A stretch of 64,000 nt of DNA from Schizochytrium sp. TIO01 (taxonomy: Eukaryota; Protista; Bigyra: Labyrinthulomycetes): positions 1,426,001 through 1,490,000 of the forward strand of contig SMSO01000036.1 of NCBI GenBank assembly GCA_004764695.1, given 5' to 3'. A program made the position numbers and the translations under genes. The notes below the pieces were generated by a model that searched no databases, was not told the DNA's origin, and saw nothing but the letters and a program-made list of their open reading frames with translations. Shown here piece by piece: positions 60,701-64,000 of the stretch (the first letter of the stretch is position 1; each line of letters begins with the position of its first letter).

Positions 60701-60721
60701 ATGCAATCCTCTTCGTGACAT
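54710..60721 (-). CDS. ~2000-aa protein: N-terminal coiled coils plus acidic S/T/E/D tandem-repeat region
   Basis: Uninterrupted 6-kb ORF; first ATG at 60721; heptad-rich segments at roughly aa 185-215 and 290-450. Confidence 0.85.
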   Translation of the reverse strand: MSRRGLHDNKPGADLLRTSSSGSSRSSSSSSSKTASLYGRNYELNSDGALLRTASEASVKTRSLKLKHEGNNSPRVQVIALQVPKASILPDVADRHSGRQSSRALNQPQQERPMTAPTSSSAYRNKKDASTNAKTLNQRRGLSKNTKDMLNFDPEPVEALAQIALREKTELVPVSILAQIQKEREREKQEHRKAKAAARAASKRAKTEFEQDESKTVNFDDTSDDNGDLGEPKKSIEPGSVKPKFSTISLNNSRRAFKHKLRDSLADGLVKMCRIHSDLHHEATRKEETLTRLCNQMEELLVLAGKRTESAFVGVSASIVARREELMAEGHKINTKVKDVEEDYQKLKRRLRKAEDSHLEYKSALKTEEETVDRVILERKELEKLLAQLTDLNKRTHAKLTSKISSLILRREKIEAALEERRIQVGLHKESVKIEEKITKGLEKWNNDLGNGVEVMSPSMEGCIQAKGLVEQVLTIVAVDVDADKRSVIVDTPHRPEPLHSPKFRAKLLASGPTSPLGFTSLASGKTSSADELSKKVQNLKDKERWLRQKYITVTTKALVERVLHLKEALGIGEDSSEQLSTDPMFAIDSTFEALIKINPLTTSVPALPLVASTNGSEERAGGNLTHSGIVSSRESSARSVLDASKLCSLARKIVDEVVNRAIQHALSAHDDLSFSGKSTASTTVLEAECLQASVLEPLASDSPKQDVAIENAAEQESNSTASALETSNQAKDSTNEKTPTEGSSEVTIPTSSDDSSISHPSESVEIPTDTAKEGLNSFDDIPQENKIEVADNAADFGTTSRSTADPSSDNPQNALETVEPGPVSSVRSIDGPKDTNYMDNVQSSDSSRKSSDACDEEQSPSESDSSTEEKGSSVALDDETPKSQITEGSSALSSDPDQVDNKHPMIAEEKNQHGVSSDHEDSSSSTEGKTISENIIENEGEVATMESTPTHPKNMNEEIDLSEGAETTKVSVEAGNRDGVTSEPTDGSSSASVDRNPTEETTVVSNAQNDSAAYSSTEILETNVQKTEDSTEVPNTENNSAADSSAEVAETDVQKTKETKEASDAQKNSAADSSAEVAETDVQKTEETTEVSDAQNNSPADSSSEVAETDVQKTEETKEASDAQNNSAADSSAEVAETDVQKTEETTEVSDAQNNSPADSSSEVAETDIQKTEETTEVSDAQNNSAADSSTEVAETDVQKTEDTTEVSNTENNSAADSSTEVAETDVQKTEDSKEVQSDSAADSSAEVAETDVSKTEDTTEVSTVQNYSAADSSAEVAETDVSKTEDTTEVSTVQNYSAADSSAEVAETDVSKTEDTTEVSTVQNYSAADSSAEVVETDVSKTEETTKMSDAQNDSAAYSSTEILETNVQKTEDSTEVSNTENNSAADSSAEVVETDVSKTEETTEVSDAQNNSAADSSSEVAETDIQKTEETTEVSNTENNSAVDSSAEVAETDIQKTEETTEVSNTENDSAVDSSAEVAETDIQKTEDTTEASDAQNDAAAYSSTEVVETDVQKTEDTTEASDAQNDAAADSSTEVVETDVQKTEDTTEVSNTENDSAVDSSAEVVETDVQKTEDTTAASDAQNDAAADSSTEVVETDVQKTEDTTEASDAQNDAAADSSTEVVETDVQKTEDTTEVSNTENDSAVDSSAEVVETDVQKTEDTTEASDAQNDAAADSSTEVVETDVQKTEDTTEASDAQNDAAADSSTEVVETDVQKTEETSEVSDAQNDSAADSSTEVAEINVDKTEETTEVSEAVESSLDEGSQLQVTTASTVAETSHDKGECSPEPHLVAAGIIEPVVASSTVAVEAKDDKTLDFTGEGAKTNDDDNNATEDALLSTGTAASHEHSGEIIEASQVAEPNSEEERAAESMETSPSAERVSPGVTNAVETRSDDKTNEDEETKSEGEQAKAKDEESLDKLDSKQSREVSISEESNKRFASSEVAEGSESDKPEAPSALVNEEQEKMKRAMEILDNLSLSSGSITSSSPSNSARGSPSEI
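55450..57710 (-). repeat. Intragenic 99-bp (33-aa) tandem repeat, ~23 units
   Basis: Consensus ETDVQKTEETTEVSDAQNNSAADSSAEVA-like; subfamily blocks and one shortened unit. Confidence 0.97.
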
Positions 60722-61759
60722 CTCCCCACTCGCGGCCACAAGCAAGCACTCAACCCGGGTTGCCAGCCTTGCGATAGACTTCGCTGCGCGTTGCGTATGC
60801 TGGTGCGCGCACTGGCCCTAGACACGTTATAATTAATATGTTTGTGCTACGCTTGATGGCTTGCCAAAAAAAAAGTACCAAACTATAAAAGCCCTTTGAT
60901 ATTCGCCTTTCCTTTAATTTCTCTGCCCGCCTTCCCTGCCAAGTCAAGTAATCTCGACTTTGTAACCCCTCAGGTTCGTGAACGTTATTGTGAAGCACTA
61001 TGTTATCTTAATGGCTGCGGCCTTCACTATTGCATAATGTTCCTTTGCTCGTCTAAGTTCTCGTCAATGTTTCGTTAGCGCGCAAGCGGTCACCTCCTAG
61101 CTAACAAAGCAAAAACACTCTCTAGTGCCCACCTATCCAAAACAGAGAACCTGTAAGCAGCTCTTGTGCTCTCGAAGTGTTTCCTCATCTGCACACTCAC
61201 ACGAAACAGCATGAAGTTCTTCTCTCCAGCTGTGCTCGTCACCTGTCACATTCTTTCTCTCTCTCTGGTCTTCTCAACGGATAAAATACCCTAGACTTGG
61301 GGCTTGACTTATCACCCTTAATTCTCTCTTAGCCACTCTATAGGTAATCATAGGGGTATAAAAGTTATAAAGGCAGCTAGAGCATTGTATCATCTAAAAG
61401 AAAAAGACAGTACGTAGGTATTAGGTGTTTTTTGTATTTTGTTTTTTTGTTTTTTAAAATTAAATAAATAAATAACATTAAAAATTTGAAAAGGAAACTT
61501 AGAAGAAAACGAAGATACTAATCAATGACAATAACTATGGAAAGAGGAAAACAGGAAAAAGAAAGTGCTTTATTGCATGGTTATCTATTAATGTTTACTT
61601 ACTAATGCTGCCCAATAACATACTAGCTATCTATTACTTAAAAAATGATGTGAGATGAAGAAGCAAAATATCGTGAACCTAGATCCTTAACCAAGGAGGC
61701 AAGACCTCAACGAGCAGGAGCGCTGCGCGAAGCGTGGCAGCAGTGGGAACATTGGAACG

Positions 61760-63175
61760 ATGGCTGATTGGTGCACGATCGAGTCTGACCCTGGTGAGTT
61801 TATTTCTGAAAGTGACTTCGCAAGCTGCAGGTGTTGATCATGAGGCGGTTGCGGGCTCCTTCGTTGGGCTTCGCTCTTATCTGCAGTGGAACAGGGTGGC
61901 TGCCGGAGCTACTATCGCTCGAAACATGCTTGTGCTGCTTGATTGAGTTGACTGTGCAGAAGTGCTATTTGGTTTGAGTAGAACAGATGGTTTGGCTATC
62001 CGTTTGAGAGTCATGAATGGCCAACTGACTTTTATTGTGATTGATTTGGTATGGATGGCTATGCACATATAATGCATGATAAAATTGCATTTGTAAAACC
62101 CATGAATTCTCGAAATGAAAATGAACACATATTAGGCGTCTTCACGGAATTAATCCAAAAATGTGGTGTTAAGAACATTCAGGTCGAGGAGCTATATAGC
62201 CTGGATGATGACTTCTCACACATGAAGCCCATGTATGGATTGATTTTTCTCTTTAAGTGGAGACCCGAGCAGGATGACCGTCCCACCGACGTTGGCTGTG
62301 ACGAGGAGCTCTTCTTCGCTCGGCAGATGATTACCAACGCATGTGCCACACAGGCTCTGCTGTCTATTCTGCTGAACATTCGGTCGGACGAAGTTGATAT
62401 TGGCGACAGCCTGCAGAACTTCAAAGACTTTGTGATTGCTATGCCTCCAGATATGCGTGGCGAGGCAATTAACAACTTAGATAATGTTCGGTTGGCTCAT
62501 AATAGCTTCAACCGCCCAGAGCCCTTTCTCCCGGACAAGAAAGAGGTAGCAGGACCTGATGACGACGTTTTTCACTTCATCGCATATATTCCATTCAAAG
62601 ACAAGATATATGAACTCGACGGTCTGAAGCCTGGGCCGATTTGCCTTGGTGATCTCAATGAGGGCCAAGACTGGATTGAGGCCGTTGCCCCTCATATTCA
62701 AAGTCGCATTGCGCGCTATGCAGCATCCGAAATTCGCTTTAATCTTATGGCTGTTATCAAGGATCAGCGTGTAGTACTTCAGGACAAAATTGATGAGTGT
62801 GCGACACGCACTGAGACGTTGGAAGCGGTGCTCGATGGTCATGATGATGTGATTGCAGATGAGAGTTTTACCACAGTTGAACTGGAAGACACTGAGGGCT
62901 TCGAGCAACTGGTGTATGGAAATGACTTGCCGTCCCTATGCGCGCAGCTTCGCGCCGAGCGGACACGCAAGATGGAGCTAGTGCCTACTCTAGAAGAGGT
63001 CGAAATGAAATTTTCCAAATGGCACAACGAGAACATTCGTCGGCGACACAACTATATTCCTCTCTGTGTAGCAATGCTCAAGCTTCTTGCTAAGGAGAAG
63101 AAACTTGAGCCACTCATTGAAAACGCTCGCGAGCGTCAGAATGAACGTCGCCAAGCAGCGGCGAAGGGCAAGTAG
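61760..63175 (+). CDS. UCHL5: Ubiquitin C-terminal hydrolase UCHL5/UCH37; exons 61760-61793 and 62136-63175
   Basis: Splicing GT(61794)..AG(62135) restores the canonical MADWCTIESDPGVFTELI; QMITNACATQA, FHFIAY, YELDG, C-terminal ENIRRRHNYIP. Confidence 0.97.
61794..62135 (+). other. Spliceosomal intron of UCHL5 (342 nt, phase 1)
   Basis: GTGAGT donor, TTAG acceptor; the join gives G+GC = Gly of the conserved DPG. Confidence 0.93.
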
Positions 63176-63685
63176 TATTATATTACAAGAGACATTTAAG
63201 CAACCTTTCATGTTGTAAATGATAGAAATACATACGATTGCACGTTTGATTCATTGGTTGTTCTAGACCTCTCTAATTGTTTCTGAATTCTCCTTTGATC
63301 ATATTTCTGTTCTTATTGTTTTACTTTTATATTGACATAACGCCAATACATGACTTAATTTCCTTCAAAAAGTTTTGTAGACGTTTCAATTGAACCACGT
63401 GATAGAATAATTGTTTTGGCTTAGGTCCAATATTGCATGAAATCATTAATTTATAAAGTGAAGGTTTTCGCAGACATTCTCGAATCAAGAACCAAGTTCT
63501 ATATTGATCAGTACCAGTGTAATGCCACAGTTATTCACACGCACAAAACAAGAAACAAATAAACAGTTAAGGAAAAAGAAACTCGTGTCATCGTAAGAGA
63601 AGGGGAATATACTGTTGTATACTTACCATCTAATCAGAAATGTATAATGTTTGACTTGATCTTGTACAAATTTAAGTATATACTT

Positions 63686-64000
63686 TTACACAGGTGTTAA
63701 TTCTTGTGCACGAATCTCCCGCGGATTATTCTGGTTGTCCAGATCATCATCGTAGTCCTCCATGCCATCCTCTATACGGCCTTCCGGCTCATGACGCCGA
63801 CAGAAGCTGCGGTACTCTCTAGCCACAGCAGCATTGCATCCATAAACAAGAGCATTGGCGAAACCTTGGAGCGGCGAGAATATTGCATGCATAAGAGCCG
63901 CCCAGTACCAAGGTTCATCCGAAAAGAAGTTGTGTGACCGGTGAATTACACTCCAAACACGAAACCAGACGAATACTACAAGATAAAGGCGTAATCTACG
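63686..64000 (-). CDS. 3' end of a cAMP-receptor-like/GCR1-like GPCR (partial)
   Basis: Frame open from the window edge: RRLRLYLVVFVWFRVWSVIHRSHNFFSDEPWYWAALMHAIFSPLQGFANALVYG, typical TM6-TM7 of the family. Confidence 0.8.
   Translation of the reverse strand, partial: RRLRLYLVVFVWFRVWSVIHRSHNFFSDEPWYWAALMHAIFSPLQGFANALVYGCNAAVAREYRSFCRRHEPEGRIEDGMEDYDDDLDNQNNPREIRAQELTPV

Noticed and set aside
62051-62135. ORF-track N-terminus MDGYAHIMHDK... for UCHL5
   Set aside because: Intronic; the conserved N-terminus is on the exon at 61760-61793

Overview
Eukaryotic nuclear DNA from an intron-poor protist. Long single-exon genes, dense tetranucleotide microsatellites and an ERG8-type phosphomevalonate kinase are consistent with a thraustochytrid-like stramenopile, but that assignment is inference. 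The first ~21 kb has no intact gene. It is made of heavily eroded non-LTR retrotransposon (LINE) fossils split by microsatellites, plus an AT-rich desert with decayed coding fragments. From 21.2 kb onward there are 13 protein genes: F-box/LRR, ZUP1-type peptidase C78, two tandem cytochrome P450s, an NAD(P)-binding reductase, an HTH-like/CaaX protein, a frameshifted membrane protein with a TBC1D8/9-like N-terminus, an HSL-family esterase with PTS1, a TOM1/THH1-like membrane protein, phosphomevalonate kinase with a large insertion, a ~2000-aa acidic repeat protein, UCHL5/UCH37 (the only intron I could resolve) and the 3' end of a cAMP-receptor-like GPCR. More LINE fossils lie between these genes, and a 42-bp satellite array with higher-order structure sits at ~46.4-48.2 kb. 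No rRNA, tRNA or CRISPR array was found. All family calls come from motif recognition by eye; no searches were run.
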